Below, piece after piece: positions 46,620-61,234 of a stretch of 64,000 nt of DNA. How positions within the stretch are numbered: the stretch's first letter is position 1; each line of letters opens with the position of its first letter. Source of the stretch: Vicugna vicugna (Eukaryota); NCBI GenBank assembly GCA_013265495.1, contig MU057809.1:1789062-1853061 (forward strand), written 5' to 3'. Under the pieces are notes generated by a model, which did no database searches, was not told the origin of the DNA, and saw nothing but the letters and a program-made list of their open reading frames with translations. A program made the position numbers and the translations under genes.

Positions 46620-46880
46620 CACTATAGCATGTTGTTTAAGAGGATGGGCTTGGCATCAAATAAAGCTGACTCGTAAAAGCTTGCTGTGCTTCCCTTGGGT
46701 GGCTACTTAACCTTTAAGTGTTATTTCTCACCCCTGAAGTATAATTGTACAATTGTAGCTACTTCATAATTGTACCTACTTCACACAGCTACTGTGAGGA
46801 TCAGTTGATATGATCACAGATAAGGTGTTCAGCACCTTACCAAGTATACGATGTGCATCCAGTAAGTGCTAGGCGGTGGT
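46620..46880 (+). mobile_element. MIR SINE
   Basis: gcatgttgtttaagaggatgggcttgg..cacagctactgtgaggatca..agtaagtgctag. Confidence 0.65.
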
Positions 46881-47479
46881 ATTGTTGTTTACACATTTGT
46901 GAACAGGAATCATGCCTCATTCATTCTGTCTTTTCTCATAATACTAGGTATTAATGAGCCACTGTAGGAAGGAATGGGAAGTGCGAACAGTGTGAACAGT
47001 TGTCATGACTACAGTACAGTAATATTAATGTGGCATGAATTGAAGAAGGAAGAGGTTGGGTTGGTGGGAGTGAATTTAATATGAGGACCAAGAAAAGGCC
47101 ATTGGATTTGTTGACTAGGTGGGAAATGTTAATCTTCTTGAGTATAATTGGACTAAAGTTGTAGGGCTATGAAGCAGATTGAAGCTGATTATAGAATGGA
47201 TGGGTAGGGAGAAAATGGAGTCAACAGGTGTGTTTTTCTCACACTGTTAAAATTCTCAAGCAAGAAAAGAACTATGAAGACATTTGAAGTGTGTAGTGAC
47301 AAAATGATCTTAAAATGCCTTGGGAATATTTATTTTTTCCAATTTGAAAACTGTTCTCAAGGCTGAAAAAAAATGGCTGTTGTCATCTGGCAAAATGGTA
47401 AGTAATCATCACAATTCTCTGAAGTGATCATTTCACAGTTTCATATTTTGTGACTACTGGAGGCTTCTAGCAACACTGC

Positions 47480-48960
47480 TGCCAGAGCTGATACAGAGGA
47501 CTTCTACTCCCACCCTTGCTGCAGACACATCAAAACTGCGGACAAAAATCTAGCAAGGACAAACAAAGGCATTCCTGAGTCTGATAAACCAGGCAGTCCC
47601 AAGAGCCAGAAGTAAAGAAAGAATTCAAAGTGAACGTATAATTGGGAGCTCAAGGCCTGTGGTGGTTTCAGATCTGGGTGTAGACCCCAAGAGCTTGGTC
47701 CTGAAGGTCTCATGAAGGAACATGGCTTTAGGTCTGCATAAAGAAGGAAGATGGAGTTGAGGTCCTCCTGTGTAAGACCTCGAAGGTGTCTTATCTGTGA
47801 AAAGACTAGAAAAGCCTTGCCCACTGGCCTGAGGAAGTGCAAAAAAACATGCTCTCTTCCTGGGGTTTTGCATAATTAGGAATAAAAAAAGAGAAAAGCT
47901 GCACTTCACAATGTAGGTTAAAATTTAACATTGCTTACAGTGCAGCTAACCCTCAAGCTGAGAAGTTAGCACAAAATCCGGTCCAGAACTACAGGGACCA
48001 ATGGAGCCCTCAGAAATTAAGTGTGAAACTGTCCTGCAGAGCAGATGAACAACCTAGGACTCTTGAAGAAACAGCTCATGCTAAAGATGACCCTGCAATG
48101 AAACATTGCCAGCCACACAAGGAAACGAATCACTCCGAAGGACATTTGGCAGATGTTGTATATAGGAGAATTGGTACTCCAGGTGGTGCTCCTGGGACAC
48201 AGGACGGAAACCATTCGGTTGAAATTACTAGAGACAAAGAGGGTAAGACTGCAATGAAAGAATGTCACGGATTAGGAAAAGTAACACAGAGATTTGGAAA
48301 GGAGCCAAATAGAATTCCTAGAAACCTCAACCTTGATGGACAGGTTAAACAGCTGACTAGATATAATTGAAAACTATTAGTCATTGAGGAGTTCTGAGGA
48401 AGTTGCTTGGAATATAGTACTGATGGATAAAGAGATGGAAAATGAGTGGTTAAAACTCATGAACTTTAGTTTGAGAAAGTTCAGTATTACCTTCTGTGAG
48501 CTTCCAGAAAGAGGAAATAGAGTGGGAGAGATACTATCCAAAGATACAATGGCTGAGAGATTTCCATAATAAATGCAAGGCTTGAGTTCTCAGGTCTAAG
48601 AAGCAAAGCAAACCCTGAGGAGGATAAATAAAAATAAATCCATACCTAGAACATGTTGTAGATGAAACGCAAGAAACAAGAAAGAAGCAACTTGAGGAAA
48701 GCCATTGTCTCGACTGGAAGACATTTTGGTAACAGAAGATGATAGAATATATCTTCAAGTGCTTTGGAGGAGAAACAAACTCCAACCTGGCATTCTATAT
48801 CCATATGAAGTAATATTCAAGAGTAAAAGTGAAATGAAAGCTTTGTAGATAAAGATGAAGTTGATCGCTTGACGAGATTTGCAGAAGGAACTACTAAAAG
48901 ATGTACTTCAAGAAGAAAGAAACTGAAAGCTGAAGAAAGGAGTGAAGTACAGACAGCAAA
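47480..48960 (+). mobile_element. Ancient L1/HAL1-like 5' region with decayed ORF1
   Basis: ttccagaaagaggaaatagag, aatggctgagagatttcca, aaataaatccatacctagaaca, caacctggcattctatatcca..ttcaagagtaaaagtgaaatgaaag echo L1 ORF1 motifs (PE.E.R, ENFP, .PRHI, PRILYP.KL.F). Confidence 0.7.
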
Positions 48961-50129
48961 GTGCTAAGACAGAGGAGAATCTAGGAGATCAGCTTTAATA
49001 GCAACTTAGTGGGGATACAAGCAGGCAGGTCGTGTTAGAGTCTGGGGATTCAGCTTAGCACTTGGGAACATGCAGGATTCAGGTAGAAAGAGACTGAGCA
49101 GCAGGAGTGAGGAACTCAGTGTCTAGGTAATGACAGGATTCTCACTGGGTAGGACCAAACACCAAGACCTTCATGTTTAGACAACACATTCCGGAATCAC
49201 CTCCTTTACATTCCAAATTGGGGTCTTAGCTGTGGAAAAATGGGACTTGGGTCTTAGCTCTCAGAGAGCTAGGTCAAATGCACAAGGGTAAACTACATTT
49301 AACAACATTTGAAGTGAAGCATGCATGTGGAGGGAGGACTATGTTTCAGGTATGAAGTCACTTAATGATTGACGATAAATATCAGACGAGAATGTAGACA
49401 TTTGCCATTTTGTGTCACCTTGATATGGGTGGCTGGTTGGTTTTGACCAACTCCTGACCTTTGAAAATTACTTACATCTAGTATCACGGTATTATAGTCA
49501 GAAAGCCAGTGGTCATCTACATCTTTAACTTTGCTGTTCTCTGTGGGATCACAAGTGTGGAACGTAAATAGTGGTATGTTTCTATGTAGATGGATCCTCT
49601 GTAGCAACTTAAAATTCATAGTTTAGTATTTTATTAGCTGAAAATGAGGTAACTTATGAGTTTTTTTTTAAACACAAGTTTTTTGCTTTATAACTTACTC
49701 TTTCTTGAGGTCAATAAGCTGAATTTCATCACAAATATTATTGGCAATAAAATACATTGAAAAAATCCAAAACAACCAAACCCCTTTTGCCCTGTGACTT
49801 CTTCCAGATCATTTAGTGGAGGAAATGTTGGGAGTCTTAACCTGCTCTGACTCTCATTCCCCTCTTTTCGGGAACAAGCTGGGTTGGTTGGAATCCTCTG
49901 CCCTCTGTGTGATAGTGTCAGGCAACCCTGACCAAAATGGTGAGGATCTGAATTTTCCTGACATCTTTTCTAGTGGCTGATGTGGCACATGAGAAAACTG
50001 TTGTACTGTGTTGGTATTAAAAAAACATTGTAAGAACTGGATCTAATTGACATGGAAAGATTTTCAGAATATATTAGGTAAAAAAATGAGGTTATACATG
50101 ATGTGTAACAGTGCAATAGCTTGTTGTTG

Positions 50130-50290
50130 TTGAGTGTTCTCATGCACCAGGCAGTGTGTTAAGGTGTTTCTGTGAAGCTCTATTTTACAGATGAGGAAAC
50201 TGAGGTGCAGAGAAGTTAAGGTCACCCACTTAAGTGGTGCACCTGGGCTTTGAATGCAGTGCGAGCTGATTCCCGAGTCCCTGTTCTTCG
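50130..50290 (-). mobile_element. MIR SINE
   Basis: tattttacagatgaggaaactgaggtgcagagaagttaaggtcac. Confidence 0.85.
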
Positions 50291-52499
50291 GTTTTGCTGC
50301 CCTTTGTGTGTGACGTGAGCACACGTGGTGGGAAGTTTCTGACTTAGGGTCATTCATACAGATGTGGGTAGAAAAGGGTCTGGGCCAAGGCAGTGTGCCA
50401 AGATTCCGGCAGCAGCTGTCTCTTAGTGACTTTATTTCCTTTGATTTTTCTCTAATTTCAGATTTTCTGTAATGGGCTTAGATTGCATTTGAAATAAGAA
50501 ATGATATAAAATCTTACAGAAAAGTGTAATAGATTAAAAAAGTAATAGGGGTGTAATTTTAAGTCAGAAATGGATAAGAAATTACTGTTTTATAATATAT
50601 ATGGCGAGTAAGGAAGTAGACGGTCCTGCTTAAAGAGCTTTTATCTGTGTTACGGGAAATTTTTCTTTTTTTATGCACTTTCTAAGTTTCAAACAATAAG
50701 TATTTATAACTTTTTAAAAATTATGAAGGCAATTATTTACCATGGTTTAGTGGTTCAGGCTGAGGTTGCATTAATGGGGACCTGAGAGTTTGGGTTTGTT
50801 TTTTTTTTTTTCTATTTGAGGAAACTTAAATGACTGTTTCTGGGTCTTATTTTGTTCATCTACTTGAAAAAGGCATGCAATATCTTAAATTACAGGCTCA
50901 TTGTAAGAACAAAAACTCCTTTGAAAGATGGATTGATAAACACATTTGTACCCTCGATTTTTGATTAGTGCCATTTAATCTTTGTTTTATGATTCTAGTG
51001 TCATTCTCCCAATAACAACTCTGATATTGAATACATTTAATAAATTCAAGTTTTCTATGGTACTCTGTATGAAAACTTTGAAGCATGTCGTTTGTAAATG
51101 AAAATTAGTAATTTTAAATTTAAATGTTTTCATAAATTATGAATTATCGATAAATTTATATTAAATATAAATGCAAATTAGGAGGTTGTTACATATGAAT
51201 GCAGTAATGTAGTAGGCAACAAAAGGCACCATTTTGTGAGAATGGCCCTGGTATACAGCGGGGCCCAGGGGCCATTTCTCTGTTATGTCATCTTGACTTG
51301 TTTTCATGGCGTTCTACAAATCTTGCCACCTCAGAGCTGCTCTGTGTTTTGTCTGTCCCCAAATTTGTATGTTCAGCTTTTCCTCAAGTCTGTTTTCTGG
51401 TATGTCACCCATTTGCTTAAGCTAGCTGCAGTTGGTTTTCTTTGAGCAAACAATATTCAAACCTTTTAAATGGGAGGGCTTACTAAGCACTGCCAGTAAT
51501 TTTGAATTGCACTATAAGTTAAAAATTGTACAGATTCTAAAGGTAAATATTTCAAGACAAGCAAAGGAACATATATTGATTCTGAATGGACATGTTATTC
51601 TTGGAATTACAACAAATGGAATTGGTCTTTGCCTATTCTGATTTTGTTTCCATCTGTCCAGACTAAGTGGAAAGTGAGAATTCCATTCCCTTACCTTGCT
51701 TTAGGTGCTTATGTGCCTGTATCTTCCTTCCCTCTTTCCAAGGCTCTGCTGCGTTCTACAGCCGTGCTTCTCCGGGCCCGCCAGGAGCGGGCTCGCACCT
51801 GCCTGTTCCTGTCTCTCTCGGCTTACTGTTGTTGAGTGGCCGTTGTACTTCCCTATCTCGTTAGGGTTTCCTACCTGCAGTCTCTCTTCCCATGTTCAGC
51901 AGAATTTGTCCTTTCTTTGTGTGATAGCACATGTGGTCTATGTTTAGGATGCGAACATTGTCAATAGGTACCTTCTACAGGTGGAGACATCTAGAGAAGA
52001 TGGTGTATTAAAATAAGTGTGCCTTTGTGGTTCTTAAGCTTCTATTTTATTTATCTTTGGTAAGCAAGGAGGCTTAATGTATCCTTTCATGACAGGTTTT
52101 TACTTTACAGTTATATTTTATTATGTAGTGCTTATTCCTCATGAAACATTGCGCGCATGGGTTAAAAAGTTGTATCCTACCAAAGTATATGTAGTGAAAA
52201 GGATCTGCTTTTCTGTTCCTCAGTCCTTTGGTCCCTTCTGCTTGAGGCCGTTACTGTTCCCAGTCTGAATATTTGTTCAGTGATATTTTATGTGTAAAGC
52301 AACCATATATGCCTATCTTTTCTCCCACTCTTTGGCTTTATACAAATAGTAGCATACCGTTACGTACTTGGGAGACTGGCCTCAGAATAGTTGTCTTTTT
52401 TCATTTAATAATGTATCTTAGAGATCATTTCATATAAGCAAATACAGATATAGTTCATTTTAAAACACCTACATAGAAAATGTGCTTTTCAGCCATTGG

Positions 52500-52740
52500 A
52501 TGTAGTATATTGGCATTATAATGTGATGGTGTCATGACTCTTAGAGCTGAGTTCAAATCCTGGCTCTGCCTTTATAAGCTGTGCGACCTTGGGCAAATTA
52601 CATAACCTGTCTGTTTCAGTTGCTCAGTTATAAAATGAAAAGTTATTATCTCTGCACAAGGTTTTTTATAAGGATTAGAAGAGTTAACATATGCAAAGCA
52701 TTTAGCACAGTGTCTTGCTTTAGTAAATCATAACTATTAT
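52500..52740 (+). mobile_element. MIR SINE (near full length)
   Basis: gagttcaaatcctggctctgcc..agctgtgcgaccttgggcaaattac..gagttaacatatgcaaagcatttagcacagtgtct. Confidence 0.92.
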
Positions 52741-55700
52741 TGTGTTCATTAATTTTTCAGATCAAATGAACCCCTAATGTGTTTCTCTTTCTTCAACTAA
52801 AGTAAAATACACAGAAGGCATTACATGTTTCTTGACCTTTTGACTTTCCTTGATTGTCCTTTTCTTCCAATCTGTTTTTCATGTTCTCTGCCTTTTCCCT
52901 CCCCACCTTCTCCCCTATAAATAGTGTTATGTATTTCTTTTACTTTTGAGGTTTCTTGGCTTGCTGATGACTTTACTGACCTATCATACCCTTCCTGCCT
53001 TTGCGTTAGGTACCATCAATTGTTGTTTAGCATAAAACCTCAACAGAGAGGGATTATTTCTCTTGATGGTACTCTGGAGTGAATTTAATATTGGCAATCA
53101 AATTTATTGACAGGATGAATCTTTTTGTGATTGGCATTTCAGCTGGGGTGGAACTGAGATATGGACACAGGTGGCAGCTGGCAGAGAGTAATAGATGTGG
53201 GCCTGAGATGCCTCTGCAGCACTTCAACTGTGGGCCTGCCTGGGGGCAGTGTGAGGAGGCGGGTCCCCAGGGCCAGTCATGACAGGGAGTGTGTGTGTGT
53301 GCGTGTATATGTGGTGTGAGGGGGGGGGGGGGGGGTACGACGACCCACTGCTAACTAAAACTGTCAGGGGTAAGTCAGGCCATGGATCCTCACAGGGAAT
53401 AGTACAGAGTGTGGTGTGTTTTTAAAAAAGAAAAAAAAAATTTGGTGTGTATCAACTAGATGAGCTACATTACTAAGCTATTTTAATGTTCTGCTTCAGG
53501 GTGTAAGCAGTCTGGCTGCAGGAAGCCCCCACCCTTTTCCACAGGGGAGACATGGGTCTCTCTTGCCAGGGGTCTGCCAAGCTGTCATGCTTGGCGCAGC
53601 CAGGATTAGTGCACCAGGAACACTTGTGTAGGGCCTTTTAAGGTGATTGAGTGCCCAGAAGTACATCTGAGGACTTAGCTGACCAGTTTAAGGTATTAAT
53701 TCACATCAGTGTGATTTCCTCTGTACCCACTGGCTGGTGTGGCCTCAGCAAGCTGGCTTACGTTTTAGAGGTTTCTTTTATCCTCTTTTCAGGAGTGTGT
53801 TTTCTGGCCTCTTGGCCTTGATATGTTTTCACTTCTTGGATGATACGTACGTGTACTGTTTGATAATCTTAATGTTTTTGTCCCTTTTGAGTTTCTGTCA
53901 TAATGCTGTGGCGATGAAGAAGGATCTGTTATCCACTCCCAAGGTACCTGGTGATGGTCTGCGTGTCCCTGGTCTGTTTATTGCCAACTCAAACAGCTTT
54001 TCTGCCGTAGAACTATAATCATTGAAGGAAATACGTAGAAATGTAGCAATTGAAATATATTTGAAATGTTCTCTTCAAGGATTTAACTTTTGTTATTGTT
54101 CCTCTATGTTAAAAATCGGATTTCCTCTTCCATCTGCCTAGATCTAACCCATTCTTAGCAGTCCCTTTTTTTTTCCATTTACTTTTCTGAAAACTTGAAC
54201 ATTTAAAGAGATGACGAGTCAACTCTGTACCAAAGCTTTCTGAGAAAGCGAGAAAATGAATTTTACTTTAGAATTGCCCTGAAGTGGTGGAGGGTATGGT
54301 GTGGCAGAATCATAATTCTTTTGCCTTTTGAAATGATTCTTCCAGATTCATTTCTCCTTGCCCTATTCTATTTTGATGTGTGGGTTTAAGAAGCACCAGA
54401 TGCTTCTGCTTCATACACAATTTCCCCTCTCTCCCTACCCCTCTCACATGCATTTATGTACTGAAAGAGTTAGACATTCTAATTTCCGGACATCTTTGCC
54501 TTCCTCTGCAGTTAGTGTTTTTTTTTTTTTTCCTATCCCTGTTCTTCTTTACATACAATACCTTGAACTCTATGGAGAAAGCTACAAGTTAAAAAAATAG
54601 ATTTTTATATTATACAGAATAAGAACTCATGTTCCTGTAAATTGCTGCTTAGTGCTTGGAATTGTGTATTTCAGTGTCAGAGGTCCTTCTTAAAAAAAAA
54701 ACTGGCTTTGTTTACTATTAATTTTTTTTTCTCGGTTGGTGTATGAAAACCTTAAAGATAGGGGAAGCATTTTGACTAATTTTTATTCTTTACAAATAAG
54801 TCATCAGAAGTCAAACCAAATCTATGATGCCAGTTCATAGTCTTTGTAGATTTTAGTAAAAATATCATGTATTTTAAGCAGTTTCTCTTTTAAATAATAA
54901 TTACAGCTATCCCAGAATAAGTCCTGCTTGAGGTATGAAACTTGTTCAACTACTCATCTTTATTAAGAAATCAGGTAAGACCTTTCATACATCTTTTGCT
55001 GCTTATAGAATAAGACCAAGCTTTATATATAGGGTTATGCTTGACAAACAAAAGTTTAAAATAATGGTTTTGATAGATCTCAGGAATTAGAAAAATTAGT
55101 ACCTTGGTACCGAAGGAACAGTGTGGCTAAAGCTAAACAGTCTTACTTTATAAACCCTGCACTCGAGGACAAGTGAATGTAGCCTGTAGACTTTGACAGA
55201 GAGGATCACAAGTCCTGTATTTTTCTTCCGAAATGTAACTTTTGCTAACATAACATAGGATGTAGGGATATCTTACTGTGCTAAAACTTGAAGATCTGTC
55301 AGAGTTTATCTACTAAAGGCTTTTGGAATGAAAACTATTAAGTGTGTTTATCATACGTGAAAATAATTTTTTTCTGAAATTCGAAAATCTTAAAAAATCC
55401 AGAAGAAAGATGATGCTATAGAATATTTTTTTGACAGATTGCTTAGAAGCCTCAAAATCAAAGCCAGAAGGAATTAGAAACTCACCTGTGATTTTCCTAG
55501 GTCACTGAGTTTGAGATGATTTGTTGCAGTGCTGATGGTGGGGTCCTGCTGGTTAGGCTGTGGGCAGTGAGCTTTGGCCTGTCCTGCTACCCCTGTCTCA
55601 ACCCAGAAGTGTAAATCAGGGGAGGGTATCAGAACCTGTCATGCTGTTGTAAGAACTCAAAAAAGCCACACTCTCAAAACAAAAGAAAATAAAACAAAAC

Positions 55701-55974
55701 ACACTTAAAGGTACTGTAAAGAAAGTACTTTGCAAAGAAACACTAGTCATGTTGTAACAAAAGAGAAGTTATTTTTTAAAGCTTAGATTTAATAAAACTA
55801 ATGTGGAGTTGTTTTTGACTGCTTTGTGAACATATTTATCAGATTCAAAGGTCAGACCGTGTAGGAGTGTCTACAGAGAGGTCTTACTTACACACTTCCC
55901 TTCAGTCTGTTTGCCCCCTCCCCTGTCACAGGTAACCATTTTTATTAGCTTATTTCTTTTAAAAATATTTTTTA

Positions 55975-56890
55975 AAATTGAGGTGACATTCACATGACAT
56001 AAAATTAACCATTTAAAAGTGAATAGCTCAGTGACATTTGGTAACATTCACAGTGTTACGCAGTCACCACCTCTGTCTAGTTCCAGAACATTTTCATCAC
56101 CCAAAGGGAACCTGTACCCATTAGCAGTAACTGTCGGCTCCCCCTACCCCAAGCCCTTCCCCCTGGGCAACCACAAATCCATATTCTGTCTGTATACATG
56201 TACGTATTCTGGGTATTTCATATGTATGGAATCATACAGTATGAGAACTTTTGCGTCTGGCTTATTTCACTTAACAGTGTTGTCAGAGTTGATCCATATT
56301 GTTGCATGTATCAGTACTTCATTTCTTTTTATGGCTAAATAATAATCTATTGTATGTGTCTGCCGCAATTTGTTTATCCACTCTTCCAGTGATGGGCATT
56401 TGCATTGTTTCCACCTTTTGGCTGTTGTGAATAATGCAGCTATGAAATGTATGTACGTGCATTTGAGTACTTGGTTTTATTTCTTTTGGGTATATTCCTA
56501 GGAGTGGGATAGCTGGATCATGTGATAATTATATGGTTAACTTTTTGAAAAATTGTCAAATTGTTTTCCACAGTGGCTGAACCATTTTAGTCCTACCAGC
56601 AATGTGTGAGAATTCCAGTCTTTCCACATCCTTGCCAGTGCTTTTCTCCTACTTTGTAATCCTAGTAGGTGTGAGTGGTATGTCTTGGTCGTTTTGATTT
56701 GCATTTCCCCAATGATTAATGATGTTGAGCATCTTGTCATATGATCGTTAGGCATTTGTATATTATTTCTGGAGAAATGTCTCAAGTTCTTTGTCCATCT
56801 TTGAATTGTAGTGTCTTTTTGTTGGGTTGTGAGAATTCTTTTTGTATTCTGAATACTAACTGAACCCTTATAAGATATGATTTGTAATTT
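55975..56890 (-). mobile_element. L1MB-like 3' end (ORF2 C-terminus plus 3'UTR)
   Basis: ttgaggtgacattcacatgacataaaattaaccatttaaaagtg..; minus ORF 56537-56785 RHFS...RCSTSLIIGEMQIKTT is the L1 ORF2 C-terminus. Confidence 0.92.
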
Positions 56891-58409
56891 TCTCTCCTTC
56901 TGTTGTTAGTTTCTTGCCTATTCTTCCTGTGTTCTCTTTGCAAATACAAATGAATATACACACACATTCTTATTTCCCCCAGTCATATATAAAAGATGGC
57001 ATATTGCTTACAGTGTTTTCTGTAACTTGATTTTTTTCGACCTAACAATGTAATCTGGAAATCTCTCCATATTAGTACATAGGGATTTTCTCTTTTCTCC
57101 TTCCCCTGCTACCTGCTGTCTTTGCATAGTACCTCATTATATGGATATAGTTTAGTCAACCTGTATCCAGATTGCTTAGGTCCCATTTCCAGTCTTTTAC
57201 TATTCCAAATAGTCCATATTGCATAATCTTACATGTGGGTAATTTTACACTTGTACTGGTGTATCTGTGTGATAGATTTTTTTGAAGTGGGATTTCTGCA
57301 GCAAAGGCCCAGAGTCTTAAATATGATATCTTTGAAAGCGAAAATCACTTATTCTTACCTGAGTTTTTTCTTTAGTGCTTTAACTGCATTTCATCATTTC
57401 TTTATTCCTGTGAGAACTGCTGTAGAGTGTCAGGGTTATGGCTTACCCAGGTCAGTGGCTGCCCCTATTACTGGTACTCCTGAGTGTTTTACAGGAGAGC
57501 ATTGTTATGTTTTGTATACATGGCTATATTCTTTTCAACTAAAATATAAACGTTTAAGTGAATATCCACTTTGGATTTTGATTCTTGATCATACAAAACA
57601 TCAAGAGGATCTGCACCAAACTGAGGAAGAGTGTCCCTCTTCTTTGCCATAACATACTGTTACCTACATTCAACTTTTTGATTATCATTTTCCTTTATGA
57701 AATGAGAGTAGCTGCAAAAATTGACTAAAATATTGTAAAAGTCTGCCATTGTTACTGCTTATCATTTCCTTTTATTACGTTACCTTCTTGTCTATGCTTT
57801 CCCTCTTTGAAGGATCAACTCAGATACATTCTCCTTGATGGAATCTTCCCTAATTTACCCAATCTAGAGTAGTGCCCCAACTTTTATAGCATACCTGTAA
57901 GTTCCATTTAGTATTATAGTTATGTACACATAAACTCTTATTGTAGTATATAGATCCCTTGATTCTAGAGAGTGTGTCTTTCTCAGAACTTTGAACTTGC
58001 ATCATACTCAATCAGTTATAGCCGAGCATTTTGAGGGAATTAATGTGTAAAGTTTTATGCTGTTTCCTCCCTTTCCTTAATCTCCTAAGTGTAGTCATTC
58101 CCCCAGGGCTTCATCTTTGGCCTTTTCTTCCGTATAATCTTATCTCCTCTTTGTCAGCTGTTGTTTCTAAACAGATGACTTCATCTGTATCTCCTCATTC
58201 CAGCCTCTGATCTGAGGTTTGGGTCTGATTCATCCTACCAGAACCTCAAATACAGTAATCCCTCAAGCCAGAGTTGACATTGCATCATCTAGTACCATAT
58301 CTGACTTATAGTAAGCATGTATTTTGGGAATAAATTCATAAATAAATATATTTTTCACCTTTTCCTGACTTCCTTTTAAAAATGTTACTCAGACCTTGCT
58401 TTGCCTATC

Positions 58410-60068
58410 TATAAGCAAAATAAAAAAATTGAGAGAAGTAACAACTGATACCACAGTGATACAAAAAAATCAGAATACTATGAACAATTATATGCCAACA
58501 AATGGGACAACCTAGAAGAAATGAATAAATTTCTAGAAACAGATAGCCTTTCAAGACTGAATCAGGAAGAAATAGACAGTCTGAACAGACTGATTACAAG
58601 CAGTGATAATGAATTTGTAATTAAAAAAAAAAATCCCAGCAAACAAAAGTCCAGGATTGGGTGGCTTCACAGGGGAATTCTACCAAACATATAAAGAGGA
58701 GGTAATATCTGTCCTTCTCAAACTATTCCAAAAAATTAAAGAGGATGGAACACTCCCAAATTGATTCTATGAGGCCACCATTACCATGATACCAAAATTA
58801 GACAAAGACACTATACAAAAGAAAATTACAGGCCAATGTTTGTGAATATAGATGCAAACATCCTCAATAAAATGTTAGCAAACAGAATTTAACAATATAT
58901 AAAAAGGATCACATACCATGATCAAGTAGGATTGTTCCAGGGTTGCAAAGATAGTTCAGTATTTGCAAATCAATGTGATACACCACATTAACAAAAGGAA
59001 GGATAAAAATTACATATCATCTTAATAGAAAAGCATTTGACAAAATTTAACATCCATTCAAGATGAAAAATACTCATTGTAGTGGTATAGAGGGAACATA
59101 ATAAAGGCCTTTTATGACAAACTCACAGATAACATCATTCATATTTTCATTGGAGAAAAGCTGAAGGTCTTCAAAATCAGGAATAAGACAAGGATGCCTA
59201 CTCTTGCCACTTCTATTTAACATAGTATTTAAAGTCCTAGCTGCAGCAATTAGACAAGAAAAAGAAAATGTGGCCAAATTGGAAGGGAAGAGGTAAAACT
59301 GTCACTATTTGCAGATGACATCCTGTGTGTAGAAGACCATAAATCTTCAACCAAACAACTCTTAGAACTAATAAATGAATTTGGTTAAGTTGTAGGATAC
59401 AAAATTTATATACAGAAATCTGTTGCTTTTTATATACACTAAGAATGAACTATCAGAGAACACAAGAAAACAATCCCATTTAAAATTGCATCAAAAGGAA
59501 TAAAATACGTAGGAGTAAACTTAACCAAGGAGGTGAAAGACCTACATTCTGAAGAATAGAACTCATTGATGAAGGAAACTGAAGATGATACAAAGAAAGA
59601 TACCCATGATATTGGCTTGGAAGAATTAATATTGTTAAAATATTCATACTACTCAAAGCATCTACAGATTTAATGCAATCCCTATCAAAATACCCATGAC
59701 ATTTTTCACAGAACTAGAACAAATCCTAAAATTTATATGGACCCACAAAAGACCCCGAATAGCTTAAGCAGTCTTGAGAAAAAGAACAAAGCTGGAGGTA
59801 TCACACTTCCTGACTTCAGACTATACTGCAAAGCAACAGTAATCAAAACAGCACAATACTGGCACAAAAACAGACACATAGTTCAACAGAACAGAATAGT
59901 GAGCCCAGAAATAAACTCTCATACTTATGGCCAGTTAATCTATGGAAAAGAAGGCAAAAATGTGCAATGGAGAAAAGTCTCTTCATAAGTGGTGCTGGGA
60001 AAACTGAATTGCAACGTGTAAAAGAATGAGATTAGAACATTTCCTCACACCATATACGGAAATAAAAC
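58410..60068 (+). mobile_element. L1 ORF2 internal fragment (RT domain), degenerate
   Basis: Recognisable motifs: [40 protein letters not shown] (FADD at 59308-59319), [32 protein letters not shown]; many frameshifts and stops. Confidence 0.95.
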
Positions 60069-60269
60069 CATTGTTTCTACAGGAAGATATTTCATATACA
60101 TTCCCTGTTTTTCTACTGCCTCAACCTGAATGTGGAGTCCACCTACTGTCTGGGCTATTTTAATGACTAACAGCCTTTTCAAAGAATACCTTGGGGATTA
60201 CTTTTTAGTCTTAGAAATTTTATTTGGCTTTCCAAAGCTTACCAAGTTGAGCCTAGCATTAGAAGCTCT

Positions 60270-61125
60270 TCACCTGCCTCTAGACGTCACTAAACACCTT
60301 TCCAGCCTATTCTCTTGTTCTTCTGTAACCTAGCCTGTTTTAGCTAGTATTTTCCATCTCTTGGTGTCACCATCATCCACTAAGTCACTTCAGCTGGAAT
60401 CCTGAGATTCATCTTGAGTCTGCCTCTTCCTTCCTGATTCTTCCTCCTCCCCTGCTGCATCCACTTAGTCAGTTTTGAAATCCTTTGGATTTTACTTCTC
60501 TAAATATTTCTCAAATCTGTCCTCATCATTCTGACTGATTTTTCTGCCCAATTCTTGGTCAAATCCAGCCTCCACATAGCTTCCTAAACAGAAGTCTCAC
60601 TATGAATCTCTGCTTATAATGGCTCTTACTGAGGCCTTTGGGGATCTTCATAATCCGAGCCTTGTTTCCTCTGCTGTGTAATCTCTTCTTGGTTTCACCT
60701 GGCATTCTCAGAATATTGAATTGTGCTCCCTTCTCCCCAGCACGCTATGTTGTTTTTAACTCCTTGCCTCTGTTTTGCAGGTCCCTTTAGCTCTGAATGC
60801 TGCCCCCAGCCCCCTTCTCTCACCCCATCTTTGGCCAGGTAAACGTGAGCTTATTCCTTGAATCTCAGCTCAGGTATCACCACATCTTTGCAGCTTGTCT
60901 GTTTTTAGTGTCCACCACGTGAAGAATTGTCTTGACTTCCACGGTATCCTGTGTGTGTCCCTATCTTTGTACCTTCCTCATTATACTTTACTGTGTCAGT
61001 CTCTTTCACCAGTCTGGGAACTTCAAAATATAGGATTATTTTATTCATTATTCTATTCCTTGCACCTGGCACAGTGCCCACTGTATAATATGAACCCAGT
61101 AAATACCTGTTGAATGAATGAATGT
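60270..61125 (+). mobile_element. L2 remnant with 3' tail
   Basis: caccatcatccactaagtcac..atctcagctcaggtatcacc..cctggcacagtgccca..aaatacctgttgaatgaatgaatg. Confidence 0.8.
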
Positions 61126-61234
61126 GTTGTGTAATTTTTTCTTCATCACCTTTTATGCCTGTACTTGTTGAATTTTTAGAGCTTGCTGTAAAAGATAGGA
61201 AGAAAAAATATGGTTAACGCGGGCCAGCATTTGG

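Noticed and set aside
53320..53335. G16 homopolymer after a (GT)n run
   Set aside because: Simple repeat with unreliable length in assemblies; no evidence of function.
55900..55937. Pyrimidine tract plus CAG|GTAACC as a recursive splice candidate
   Set aside because: Weak donor, and the sequence matches a common antisense L1ME motif.
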